A DNA stretch of 64,000 bases from Fimbriimonas sp. (GTDB lineage Bacteria > Armatimonadota > Fimbriimonadia > Fimbriimonadales > Fimbriimonadaceae), in assembly GCA_965248555.1 (NCBI GenBank), contig CBDFJP010000002.1:2134093-2198092 (forward strand). Reading direction: 5' to 3'. A program made the position numbers and the translations under genes. A model generated the notes under the pieces. The model was not told the origin of the DNA. It saw only the letters and a program-made list of their open reading frames with translations, and did not search any database. Of the stretch, positions 18,868-29,247 are shown piece after piece; within the stretch, counting starts at the first letter, position 1, and each line of letters opens with the position of its first letter.

Positions 18868-19599
18868 TCACTTCGGCCCGTCCGACCACTCAAACTCTAA
18901 CGCCCCCACCGAGAATTTGATTCCGGGCCAGGGCATCGAGCGTTCGTCGTCGAACGAATCCAGCCCAAGGCGGCTCAGCCCGTTATTGCCAAAATCCCTC
19001 AATTCCCAGATCCCCTCGGCGTTCACCGAGATTCGGATCTGGTTCACATCCACCTCCGGGACCAGCCCAGAAATGTCGAGGGACCGAGCGTAGGGGTTCA
19101 CTCGCCCGATCATCAAGCCCTTGGCATCCACGCGGATGCAGTCGGTCGGCTCGCCTTCAAATTCCAACTTGGCTCCGCCCAAGACGTGGATGTAGATCTG
19201 CCCAAGGTGGTCATAGTTACCCACTGGAGAAGCTTTCAGGTCGTACTCCAACCGCCCGATGTACGTCAGAGAGAGGTTCTCTGCTTGTACGGAGACAGGA
19301 TTTGAGAAGTCTTCCGAGAACGAGGCAACCGATAAATTGAAGTTAAACGACTCGACCTTGGCACGCACTTCATCCGCAAAGGAGCCGCTGTATGACATCC
19401 CCTTTAGAGCATCATCCACGCTTTCAAACTTTTCGTTGAACTGAACCTCAAGAAAGTCGTGATCGTAAAACGTCTCCCCCTGACTCGCGGCAAAAGGAGA
19501 GATCGGCCCGTCGTCATCAGCGTAACTCTCGGCAAAAAAAGTGGCGCAAGCCAAGTTGTCGGCAGCTTTTCCGAACCAAATGTCAACGTGCTTAGCCAT
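18868..19599 (-). CDS. hypothetical protein with an Imm22-like N-terminus (tentative)
   Basis: KHVDIWFGK...FFAESYADDDGPISPFAASQGETFYDHDFLEV resembles immunity protein 22. The C-terminal segment MIGRVNP...IRISVNAEGIWELRDFGNNGLSRLG is weakly FHA-like. Confidence 0.5.
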   Translation of the reverse strand: MAKHVDIWFGKAADNLACATFFAESYADDDGPISPFAASQGETFYDHDFLEVQFNEKFESVDDALKGMSYSGSFADEVRAKVESFNFNLSVASFSEDFSNPVSVQAENLSLTYIGRLEYDLKASPVGNYDHLGQIYIHVLGGAKLEFEGEPTDCIRVDAKGLMIGRVNPYARSLDISGLVPEVDVNQIRISVNAEGIWELRDFGNNGLSRLGLDSFDDERSMPWPGIKFSVGALEFEWSDGPK

Positions 19600-19636
19600 A
19601 TCGGGATTTTACGAGATTTGGCTTACAATTAAGTGA

Positions 19637-20482
19637 ATGTTGGCGTCGATCATCTTAGGCCTTCAGGGATTGCCGGCTAACGAGCTGAAACGCGAAATCG
19701 CCTACGTCATCCGCAGGTACAAGCCGGGTAAGGCACGAAGTCGATTCCAAATCGAAATTTGTCAAGTTAACGGCGAGAGACTTCGACGCCTAAGTGTCCC
19801 TTCCGAGCCAGGACGCGTTATGTGGCGAGATAGGGGCCACCTAGTCTGGGACGATGGATCGACTATTTTCGAGACAACTCTTAGGGGTGGAAAAACTCGA
19901 CGCCTCGCGACTGGAATTCTGGATTCGGAAGTAGTGCGGTTAGCGTTTGGGAAGCCGAGTTTCACTAACTGGAATGAAGATCGTGCCCGAAGCTACTTGG
20001 TCGGCGATAGAGTGAGGCAAGCACCGTTTTCGTGGTTCTATGATTTTCCCGAAGATGGGAATCTCCAGTTCATAGGAAGTAAGGGTGAACCCCGCGAACT
20101 TGATGGCGAAGCAGACGACTCCGCTGTCAACAAGTCGATACGCGGACTGCTCAATTTTGTTTCGTCGAAGGTTCTGAATGGTCATAAGGGTGCCTGGATC
20201 GCAACCGACTCAAGCATGGTCGGAGGTCGTACTTTGCTCGGTCTTACATACGAAGAGATCTCGGGGAAACAACGGCTCCTACTGAGCGAAGCGGGATCTT
20301 TTTCCGGGGATCCCTACGGCTCCGTGCTTACCAGCACCACCCGCTCAAACACTAGAAAACTGGGTTCGCTTCGAGTTTTCATGAATGAACTCGTGGTGAT
20401 GAACTGGCGCACTGGGAAGTCACGATTGCTACGATCCGGTGACATCCTCGTCACGAGCGTCTCGATGAGGCCACTTAAGTGA
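19637..20482 (+). CDS. hypothetical protein, paralog family B (copy 1)
   Basis: Shares the N-terminal EIAYVIRRYKPGKA and C-terminal LGSL...W.TG..R.L.SG blocks with the next gene. Confidence 0.6.
   Translation: MLASIILGLQGLPANELKREIAYVIRRYKPGKARSRFQIEICQVNGERLRRLSVPSEPGRVMWRDRGHLVWDDGSTIFETTLRGGKTRRLATGILDSEVVRLAFGKPSFTNWNEDRARSYLVGDRVRQAPFSWFYDFPEDGNLQFIGSKGEPRELDGEADDSAVNKSIRGLLNFVSSKVLNGHKGAWIATDSSMVGGRTLLGLTYEEISGKQRLLLSEAGSFSGDPYGSVLTSTTRSNTRKLGSLRVFMNELVVMNWRTGKSRLLRSGDILVTSVSMRPLK
19698..19734 (+). repeat. 37-nt patch, 36/37 identical to 20543-20579
   Basis: tcgcctacgtcatccgcaggtacaagccgggtaaggc versus tcgcctacgtcatccgccggtacaagccgggtaaggc. The flanking paralog sequence is much more diverged. 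Confidence 0.9.
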
Positions 20483-21354
20483 GTCTGGTAGCGGCCTGCC
20501 TCCTACTGTCCGGCTTACCACCCGCTGAGGAGCGGCGCGAAGTCGCCTACGTCATCCGCCGGTACAAGCCGGGTAAGGCGCCGAGCCACTATCAAATTGA
20601 AGCGAGTCGAGCGGACGGGAGCCACCGCCAAGTCCTCCGCACGGCAACCGAACCTCGAAACGTTTTTTGGCTCAGTAAGAGCGAACTCTGGTGGTCTGAC
20701 TGGAAAGGAACCGAATGGGCCTCCAGCTATCCCCGCTGGAATCCCAAGAAGCTCAAATCCCCGATCTTCGTCTGTGACGGTCCCGATCCAAGCCTCGAGA
20801 ACTTGATATCGATCAAATTTGGGCGTCGACTGCTCTCCGCATACCGTTCTGAGGGTCAAGACTTCTTCGAGTACAAGAACCGGCGTCTGTTCAAAATCGC
20901 GCGGCCAGTGCCGGAACACTACATCGAAGATGCCTACAACATAGAGGGGCTTGGAGGAGCTAAGCGGGTCCTGTTTGAACCCAAAGGAGCGGATGCCGTG
21001 GTTGAGCAATCAATGACTGGTGCCCCGCTGTACTACACCACTCGAGAACTTCCCAATCGGGAAGGACTCTGGATACTTGCCGAAGGAGCAATGTCCTCAA
21101 GGGGCTACATGATGGGGCTAGTCTACGAAAACCCCTCGGGCCAGCAAGTCCTCGTATGCCGTGATGCTTCAGCTATAGAAGCCGACCCATCGCGCCGGAC
21201 CGTCATTTACGTCGTTTCACAAGAAATCAAAATGCTCGGCTCCCTCAGTCTGTGGATGAATTCGATCAAAGTCGCCGACTGGCGCACCGGCCAGCAGAGA
21301 ACCATTTTGAGCGGCAATATCCATGTCGGAGACTTGGCGCTGCGGCCTAACTAG
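20479..21354 (+). CDS. hypothetical protein, paralog family B (copy 2)
   Basis: GTGA overlap with the previous gene. EVAYVIRRYKPGKA...LGSLSLWMNSIKVADWRTGQQRTILSG. Confidence 0.6.
   Translation: MSLVAACLLLSGLPPAEERREVAYVIRRYKPGKAPSHYQIEASRADGSHRQVLRTATEPRNVFWLSKSELWWSDWKGTEWASSYPRWNPKKLKSPIFVCDGPDPSLENLISIKFGRRLLSAYRSEGQDFFEYKNRRLFKIARPVPEHYIEDAYNIEGLGGAKRVLFEPKGADAVVEQSMTGAPLYYTTRELPNREGLWILAEGAMSSRGYMMGLVYENPSGQQVLVCRDASAIEADPSRRTVIYVVSQEIKMLGSLSLWMNSIKVADWRTGQQRTILSGNIHVGDLALRPN
20543..20579 (+). repeat. second copy of the 37-nt patch
   Basis: See 19698-19734. Confidence 0.9.
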
Positions 21355-21425
21355 CCATTAAGTCACAGCAGTTTCCCAACTTGGTCTGAACAAAACGCCG
21401 TGCTGGCCACGTCAAGAAGTTCGAA

Positions 21426-22136
21426 GTGAAACTCTCAAGGAATGGCATTCTGCTTGTGATCTCGGTTGGGTCGGTGCTCGGCATTATCTGGCAAACCGGC
21501 TGGCGAAGGCCAGCCGCCAAGTGCCAGCAAATCGCCGACGCGATGCGCGCCGAAGATTGGGGCAAGGCGTATGACCTTCTCGACACCGGAGGGCAAGTGC
21601 CCTATGGCGACGACCGCGAGAGCTTCATCAAGTTCGTCAAGAAGTACGTCGCACCCAAATCCGCAAAACACGACGTCCGGGTCGACCGCATCGAGTCGCC
21701 CGTCTACGCGGCCCCGGCCTGGAGGATCAGCCTAAGATCAGACGCCGTACCCAAACGCGAACTCCTCGGGTTCGTGTTCCAGCCGATTGGCACAGTTTCA
21801 ATCGGGCAATTCGGCGGAACCCCGGTGGCCGCTGGCTGGACCTACCAAGGAAAACCCGCAAACGGGTTTGCGCTCGAAAAAGTCGCCACCGAGTGGTACC
21901 CACCACCAACCTGGATGGCCCAGTATGGTGCCGATGGCTACGAAATCTCCATCTACCGCTTCCTCACCCGCGAGTCCGAAGCCTTTGCGAAAATGGGAGT
22001 CAAGACCGTGATGCAGCCCGACGCAAGCGCATATTCAGTCACGAGGAGCAAATTCGTGCTTGTCAAGGACCTGAAGGACGAGATGGAGCTCTACCTGCGC
22101 CGCGCTAGACAACTAGAAATTGCCCAGAAGCCGTGA
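21426..22136 (+). CDS. membrane-anchored hypothetical protein, paralog family A (copy 2)
   Basis: N-terminal TM helix; RAEDWGKAYD, RESFIKFVKKYVAP and IYRFLTRESEAFAKMG blocks. Confidence 0.6.
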   Translation: MKLSRNGILLVISVGSVLGIIWQTGWRRPAAKCQQIADAMRAEDWGKAYDLLDTGGQVPYGDDRESFIKFVKKYVAPKSAKHDVRVDRIESPVYAAPAWRISLRSDAVPKRELLGFVFQPIGTVSIGQFGGTPVAAGWTYQGKPANGFALEKVATEWYPPPTWMAQYGADGYEISIYRFLTRESEAFAKMGVKTVMQPDASAYSVTRSKFVLVKDLKDEMELYLRRARQLEIAQKP

Positions 22137-22171
22137 ACGAATGCCGCCGCAGGCCACGTCTGGGTTCATAA

Positions 22172-22834
22172 GTGAAAATCTCTCGCGTATTCGTCGTGGC
22201 GACTGTCGTCGTCGGCTGCATCTTTGGGCTCGGCTGGTCAGCGGTGACCGCCCCCGACCGGCTTGCGATGCGAACCAAAGACGCCATCGACCATCAGCGT
22301 TGGGACGAACTCTACGAAATCACCAAAAACCCCCGAGGCATGACCTCCCCATGGGACAAAGCAACCTTCGTCAAGTTCTGTAACCGCTATCTAGGACGAA
22401 GTGTCCATGCTGAACTAAAACAAGATCTCAGCCAAGGGACTGTCAATTTCAGCAAGATTTGGGTGGTCTTACTCTCAACAAAAACCAGCACCCGTGACCA
22501 GGAAATCCTTGTCTTCAACGACCCCGTCGGCGGCCGATGGAATAGCGGAATGAGCTTCTTTACAACCCGGTGCAACTTAGAAGCAGCATTTGCCCAGGAG
22601 CACCTACTGAACCTGGCGGCAAATCTCAAGTTTCCGAATGCCAGCGACGAATATGTCGGCACTTATGAGTTTCTGCTGTCCGAACGCGAAACGCTCAAGG
22701 GAATGGGAATGCGCTCCATCCGCACCGATAACCCGAAAATGACCTTCGAGGATGCGATCAAAGCAAAAAGATCTGATCTAATCAGCCTCGGACGGCAGGA
22801 GGAAGTGGCGCAGATTGAAACACGGCACCCATAA
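22172..22834 (+). CDS. membrane-anchored hypothetical protein, paralog family A (copy 3)
   Basis: N-terminal TM helix; DHQRWDELYE, KATFVKFCNRYLG and YEFLLSERETLKGMG blocks. Confidence 0.6.
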   Translation: MKISRVFVVATVVVGCIFGLGWSAVTAPDRLAMRTKDAIDHQRWDELYEITKNPRGMTSPWDKATFVKFCNRYLGRSVHAELKQDLSQGTVNFSKIWVVLLSTKTSTRDQEILVFNDPVGGRWNSGMSFFTTRCNLEAAFAQEHLLNLAANLKFPNASDEYVGTYEFLLSERETLKGMGMRSIRTDNPKMTFEDAIKAKRSDLISLGRQEEVAQIETRHP

Positions 22835-22921
22835 CGGCTGTAATTGAGGCACCCGCAAAAGATTCAAGACGGGTGGTTTGAAGCTAAGGATTCTCTTTTT
22901 TCGACTTTTTTCGGTTAAGGC

Positions 22922-22951
22922 TTGCATATCGAACCTTAACCAGGGAATAAT
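22922..22951 (+). promoter_or_regulatory. candidate sigma70-type promoter of the 16S rRNA gene
   Basis: TTGCAT-N18-AATAAT lies about 225 nt upstream of the mature 5' end. A boxA-like gaactttgaaag follows near 22978. Confidence 0.3.
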
Positions 22952-23175
22952 ATCTCTTGTGCTCAGCAATGAGCGCAGAACTTTGAAAGCGGAATATTGA
23001 GGAAGAACAGTCAGATTTGACGGTTGAAATTCGTAAACACGAATCCAATCCGTTTTTCACTCTTCCCCTTCTGCAGAGCGATCTGGTGAAGAGGATACCA
23101 GCAACAACTGGGATAAGAGTGGTTCAAATGAGTAGATTAAGTTCCGAACTTTAAATCGGAAACTGATCAACACTT

Positions 23176-24685
<1,510 letters not shown>

Positions 24686-24762
24686 AAGGATAAGAACTGT
24701 TCCTTGCAAGTCAAGTGAACACATATCCAGGTCGAGACTTTCTTTCTCAATCCGCTTTTCAA

Positions 24763-24794
24763 GGGGACTCCATTTTGGAGTCCTTTTTTGTTTT
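24763..24794 (+). terminator. rho-independent terminator 78 nt after the 16S 3' end
   Basis: Stem ggactcc (24765-24771) / ggagtcc (24777-24783), loop atttt, then ttttttgtttt. Confidence 0.7.
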
Positions 24795-24825
24795 GTCAAG
24801 GTCGAAATCTCTGTACAATGTGTAC

Positions 24826-26253
24826 ATGAATCGATTTCTCGGTGCCTTCTTTCTTCTGACCTTTGGCGCTGCCACCCAAGCTCAGTCAGTCCGAGCACTC
24901 ATGGTCGGAGCCGCATTCAGCCAACCGGCCCCCGAAGGACATCTTCGATTCGTCCAAGTCGAATTCTGGAGCGGAGCATCCAAAACCGCACAACTGAAAA
25001 CACAACTGGCCCCCATCGACCTCGGCACCGAGGGACGAGATTTCAGAGATATCAAATCGGTCAAGTTCATCGACGGACCAGGTAGTCCTTCAGACCTTGA
25101 ACTCACCGAATTTGCATTGTTTGGAATCCCCAATGATGGCCCAGCAGGCATCGGCCCAGGCTCCGGCACCCTTGACGTGACCAAAATAAAAGGAGACTTC
25201 GAACCTGCTCGCGACAGACCGCAAACCAGCACCGTTGTCTCTCTTAGCGGCCTTCACCAGAGATTCGACTCAGAAAAGAAGATCGTGTTCAATCTCAGCC
25301 GCGAAGGAATGGCTGATGAACCCAAAATGTACTCCAAACTCGATGTTCACCTCCGGGTGAACGACGGCTGCCGCCGCGAAAGTCGCCTCAAGTTCTTTAT
25401 CGAGACGATCGATAGCCAACTCATTGAATTGCCTAATCAATGGTTAAGAGATGGCGAGAATAGAGACTTTCCGATCACCCTCAGCGTGCCAATCCCCGAA
25501 AACGGCATCCGCCGAATCCACGCCTGGTTCAGCAATAGAGAGTGGACTGATAACCGATCACAAGGAGTAGGCGACATCTTTCAAGATGACGACGACGCTA
25601 ATGTTACGATCTCCATCACCGGCCAAGGCAAAAAGGGCAGCGGTCCCTTAGCTCGAACCATCCTCGCAATGGTCGACTGGCGAAATAACAAAACCCGAGA
25701 ACTCTCTACCCTTCCTCAGACTTATCCAGACATGTACATCACAAACCTGGATTTCCTTCTTCAAACCGGAGCCAACAAACTCCATTACGATCCCAACAGC
25801 CTGCCCAGCGCCAAGTGCTATATCGAAATGAACCGTGGTGTTGAACTCATTCGGCACACCACCGGAACGTTTGTCCAGCAGGCGGCAGGAGGCGCATTTA
25901 GAGGCAGTTTCGAAGACCGAGGCATCGCAAGAGCCTTTACTCAACATCCACTGCGCGAAGGTTTCCGCCTCTCGGATATCAACGAGCTTAAAATCGGCAT
26001 GGACTTCGGCATCCCGTTCCCCCGAGACTACCGAGGCTCCTTCACCGAGACCTGGGACCTAGCCGCCCTCCTCGTCCGGGCGGTACCCCGAGGCCCATCC
26101 TCTCTCGATCGCCCGGTCGTCTTCTGCGACTTTGCCTACAACCAGCAAATGAAGCTCAACCTAAACGTCAGCGGCGGAGGCAGCAGCTACCGAACAATCC
26201 GCCTCAATGGAACCCCAATCAAGTACCGAGCAACCGTAGCACCTGGAAGATGA
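24826..26253 (+). CDS. secreted hypothetical protein
   Basis: Internal ATG at 24826 gives the signal peptide MNRFLGAFFLLTFGAATQAQS. The upstream part of ORF 24715-26253 covers the rRNA terminator. No family recognised. Confidence 0.6.
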   Translation: MNRFLGAFFLLTFGAATQAQSVRALMVGAAFSQPAPEGHLRFVQVEFWSGASKTAQLKTQLAPIDLGTEGRDFRDIKSVKFIDGPGSPSDLELTEFALFGIPNDGPAGIGPGSGTLDVTKIKGDFEPARDRPQTSTVVSLSGLHQRFDSEKKIVFNLSREGMADEPKMYSKLDVHLRVNDGCRRESRLKFFIETIDSQLIELPNQWLRDGENRDFPITLSVPIPENGIRRIHAWFSNREWTDNRSQGVGDIFQDDDDANVTISITGQGKKGSGPLARTILAMVDWRNNKTRELSTLPQTYPDMYITNLDFLLQTGANKLHYDPNSLPSAKCYIEMNRGVELIRHTTGTFVQQAAGGAFRGSFEDRGIARAFTQHPLREGFRLSDINELKIGMDFGIPFPRDYRGSFTETWDLAALLVRAVPRGPSSLDRPVVFCDFAYNQQMKLNLNVSGGGSSYRTIRLNGTPIKYRATVAPGR

Positions 26254-27077
26254 GCTACCGATCTTGGCTGAAGGACGTCAAACACGTCTGTGACCTGGGT
26301 CAGCATCTGTTCCAGACCCGCTGGAAGGATCCGAATTACGATAAGCGTGAAGATTTGCGAGACGACCGCTGGCTCGCGGCGATACGGCAAGAAACTCCGG
26401 TCGCTCCAGAGTTTAAGCAGTACTTTGGATCAAGAATGCACGACTCATGGGTGATTGGCGTTCATCGCACCAATGACCAAATCCGAATCGAACTAGACTC
26501 GATTGAAGGCAATGTCTTCTGCACCCAATACGGCCTATGGCTCGACGTCGAGTTTCCCGAGCCGCAAATGCCCGTCGAGCTGTACTGCAATGAAGTCTGC
26601 TATGCCCGATGGGCAAGGCATGACAAAGACGGTTGGCTCAAATACGCGGAACCGACATTCCGAAAGATTGACCCGAGCAGAACCCAATCTGACTCGTTCG
26701 GATACGACTTCTTCCACGAGCAAGCCGGACGAATCCAATGGATTGCAATATTTCGAGCTTGGCCAGGTTGGAAAGGTGGTTTACGGTCAGATTTGTACCT
26801 CATGGCTGACTGCGGTTCAGTAACGGCAGTCGACAGGCGCAGCCAAACCCTTGATCTACACTTCGGATCGCGAGTGGCCTTATTGTGGCGGGAATTCTTC
26901 AACCAAACTGAATTCGACGTCTGGGACCAACCCCAGCTCTTCGCCCTCTTCGAATCCGTCTCCAAGCGAAAAGGTTGGACCAAAAGCAATCTCCGCCAGG
27001 AACTTCTCCAAGTTCCTGGTGCCTTCATCCTAGAAGCCTATCGTGCAAACGTCGAGGCAGAAGGCGTCGCCACATGA
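26250..27077 (+). CDS. hypothetical cytoplasmic protein
   Basis: ATGA overlap with the previous gene. 275 aa, Trp/Asp-rich, no family recognised. Confidence 0.55.
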   Translation: MSYRSWLKDVKHVCDLGQHLFQTRWKDPNYDKREDLRDDRWLAAIRQETPVAPEFKQYFGSRMHDSWVIGVHRTNDQIRIELDSIEGNVFCTQYGLWLDVEFPEPQMPVELYCNEVCYARWARHDKDGWLKYAEPTFRKIDPSRTQSDSFGYDFFHEQAGRIQWIAIFRAWPGWKGGLRSDLYLMADCGSVTAVDRRSQTLDLHFGSRVALLWREFFNQTEFDVWDQPQLFALFESVSKRKGWTKSNLRQELLQVPGAFILEAYRANVEAEGVAT

Positions 27078-27613
27078 AACTAAATCTGAAAGCCTTTACT
27101 GTTAGCACGCTGCTAGTCCTGGGAGTGACTGCAAACCACTATTGGCCCCGCCGAGACCTACGAGTATCAACCGACCCTAAGTGGCTACAAGTCACCGAGT
27201 TCATCCGCTCTGCCGACGAGGTCAATACATACGCCACAACGGAAGACATCGAGTCCGAAGCTCAACTCGCGGCCGCTATCCAAGCAAATCCCAACCGTGG
27301 TGAACTGGTCAAGATCACTGAAAGGTCAGAGCTTTTGGATCACCTGGCGGTCTTGCCTCAACTACCCGGCGACGAATTCGCCGTTGCTGCCTGCTTCTGC
27401 CCGCACCACTTCGTGCTTGCCAAAAAGGACAATACCACGCTCAGAATCGACATCTGTTATGGATGCGGCTCATCTCGAGTCAAATCAACGAAAAAAGAGC
27501 TGACGGGAAACTTCCCCATTAAGCCCGACGCCAAGCAAGACTCCGGGATAGTATTTGGAATCCAAGCTGGAGGACACGAAGAGGGATTTGGATGTCGCTA
27601 TTTCGGTGACTGA
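27074..27613 (+). CDS. membrane-anchored Cys-motif protein, paralog family C (copy 1)
   Basis: The ATG at 27074 overlaps the previous stop (ATGA). It has an N-terminal TM helix. AVAACFCPHHFVLAKKDNTTLRIDICYGCG matches LAAMCFSPRNFIYAKKGKDWTKISICYECS of 29248-29808. Confidence 0.55.
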   Translation: MKLNLKAFTVSTLLVLGVTANHYWPRRDLRVSTDPKWLQVTEFIRSADEVNTYATTEDIESEAQLAAAIQANPNRGELVKITERSELLDHLAVLPQLPGDEFAVAACFCPHHFVLAKKDNTTLRIDICYGCGSSRVKSTKKELTGNFPIKPDAKQDSGIVFGIQAGGHEEGFGCRYFGD

Positions 27614-28187
27614 GTATTCCTATTGGAGCAGGCTCTCTCGCAACTTCCCCGAGAAGTACACTCCTGACACCTTGAACCGCCTAACGCGAAAAATCCACTA
27701 CTGGCTCGGAGCACTCATCGCCCTCCCGCTCCTCATTGTGGTCGCCAGCGGAATCTTGCTCCAGCTAAAAAAGCAACTCACGTGGGTCCAACCCGCCGAG
27801 CAAAAGCCACTCGTCAAAGAACTCAAAATCGGCCCCGAGCAAATGCTCCAAGCCCTTCAACAAGACCCCGAGCTCCGCATCCAAAACTGGAGCCAAGTCG
27901 AACGAATCGACATCCGCCCCTCCAAAGGCCTCGCAAAGCTCACCCTCGAAACCGGAGTGGAAGTCCAAATCGACACCTCCAACGGCAAAATCCTCCAAAA
28001 AGCCCCCAGGCGATCCGACCTCATCGAAGCCCTCCACGACGGATCCTTTTTCGCCGGAGACTACACAAAACTCGGCCTCTTCCTCCCTTCGGGAATAGCC
28101 CTCTTCCTGATGCTCCTCACCGGCCTTTGGCTCTGGTGGCTACCCATAAAAGTGAGGCGGGCTAAGCGCCGGAACCGATCTGATTAA
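27555..28187 (+). CDS. PepSY-associated TM helix protein
   Basis: LTRKIHYWLGALIALPLLIVVASGILL and ALHDGSFFAG...LLTGLWLWWLP are typical of the family. Start uncertain: TTG 27555 or GTG 27606. Confidence 0.65.
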   Translation: MESKLEDTKRDLDVAISVTEYSYWSRLSRNFPEKYTPDTLNRLTRKIHYWLGALIALPLLIVVASGILLQLKKQLTWVQPAEQKPLVKELKIGPEQMLQALQQDPELRIQNWSQVERIDIRPSKGLAKLTLETGVEVQIDTSNGKILQKAPRRSDLIEALHDGSFFAGDYTKLGLFLPSGIALFLMLLTGLWLWWLPIKVRRAKRRNRSD

Positions 28188-28206
28188 ATCCGTCGTACAA
28201 TAGGTT

Positions 28207-28389
28207 ATGCAGAAGCTTACTCCGACCCAACTGGGAACAATGTTTTTGATCCCGGGCCTCTTGGTGAGTATCCCCGCGCTGCTCACTGGCAATTTCCAGG
28301 GCTTCGCAATGGGCTTCGGTTTCTATGCAACGGTCTTTGGTGGTCTTATGTGCTTGATCGGTATTGGCTACAAACCAGAGAAGCGCTAA
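28207..28389 (+). CDS. small two-TM hypothetical protein
   Basis: 60-aa ORF with two hydrophobic helices and no obvious SD. Confidence 0.35.
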   Translation: MQKLTPTQLGTMFLIPGLLVSIPALLTGNFQGFAMGFGFYATVFGGLMCLIGIGYKPEKR

Positions 28390-29183
28390 GGCTTGACCAG
28401 CATCCCCTGCCCGCTCGGCAGGTTCAAAATCTTAACGCCGCGCTCTTCGGCAAACTTGTCAAAAGCCGTCTTCTGGTGGATGTGGTGAACCCAGTTATAG
28501 TCATCGAGGCACATAATCGCGCCCGAAACCATTTTTGGCCAGAAGTATTCTGCCGCCGCAATCTCCGGAACAACCGCGTTCATGTCGATCATGATGTACG
28601 CCACCTTCTCGATCTCCACCGTCGCCAGCGACTCCGGAACTCTTCCCTTCACCAGCTTAGCCCGCGACCAAGGCGAAAAATTCCGCTTCGCAAGTTCATA
28701 GCAATCGAAGTAGCTGTTCTCATGAACCTTGTCGATTCCAATCTCCACCTCGTCCTGCGTAAACTGCTCCGCCGGACAACCCTCATAGGTATCAAACAGC
28801 CAGAAATCCTTGTCGATCGAGTTCCAATCCAGATACTTCATGATCGCAAGCGAGAAGATTCCCGTGTTCACGCCGCACTCAACAAAATCGCCCTCCAACT
28901 GCTTGCAGTGCCAGGCCGCCCAGATGTACTGGTGAACCCGCCACTCCACATGCAACTGCTGCCCCGGCGGCAAAAGCGTATGCCCCGAATTCGCCCCCAA
29001 CTGATAAGCCTCCTGAAACTTCGGCTCCAAAAGGCAAGCCGCATTGTGATGCGTCGCAAACCCATCCGCCGCATAGGTGTAAGGCGGCCGAGTCAACTGC
29101 TGCCCGTCATGGGTAATCAGCAACGTGCTCCCATCATCCATCGGAAACTCAATCGTATAAGGCCGTCCAGCTAGGTCTAGCAT
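28386..29183 (-). CDS. TylF/MycF-family class I SAM-dependent O-methyltransferase
   Basis: GDFVECGVNTGIFS, FDTYEG, and IMIDMNAV...CLDDY resemble macrocin-O-methyltransferase-like proteins. Confidence 0.75.
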   Translation of the reverse strand: MLDLAGRPYTIEFPMDDGSTLLITHDGQQLTRPPYTYAADGFATHHNAACLLEPKFQEAYQLGANSGHTLLPPGQQLHVEWRVHQYIWAAWHCKQLEGDFVECGVNTGIFSLAIMKYLDWNSIDKDFWLFDTYEGCPAEQFTQDEVEIGIDKVHENSYFDCYELAKRNFSPWSRAKLVKGRVPESLATVEIEKVAYIMIDMNAVVPEIAAAEYFWPKMVSGAIMCLDDYNWVHHIHQKTAFDKFAEERGVKILNLPSGQGMLVKP

Positions 29184-29247
29184 ATTTACTAGGAATTGTC
29201 GGCACGAATTTCGGTTGAATTAGGCGAAAAAATCCGTACCATAATAG

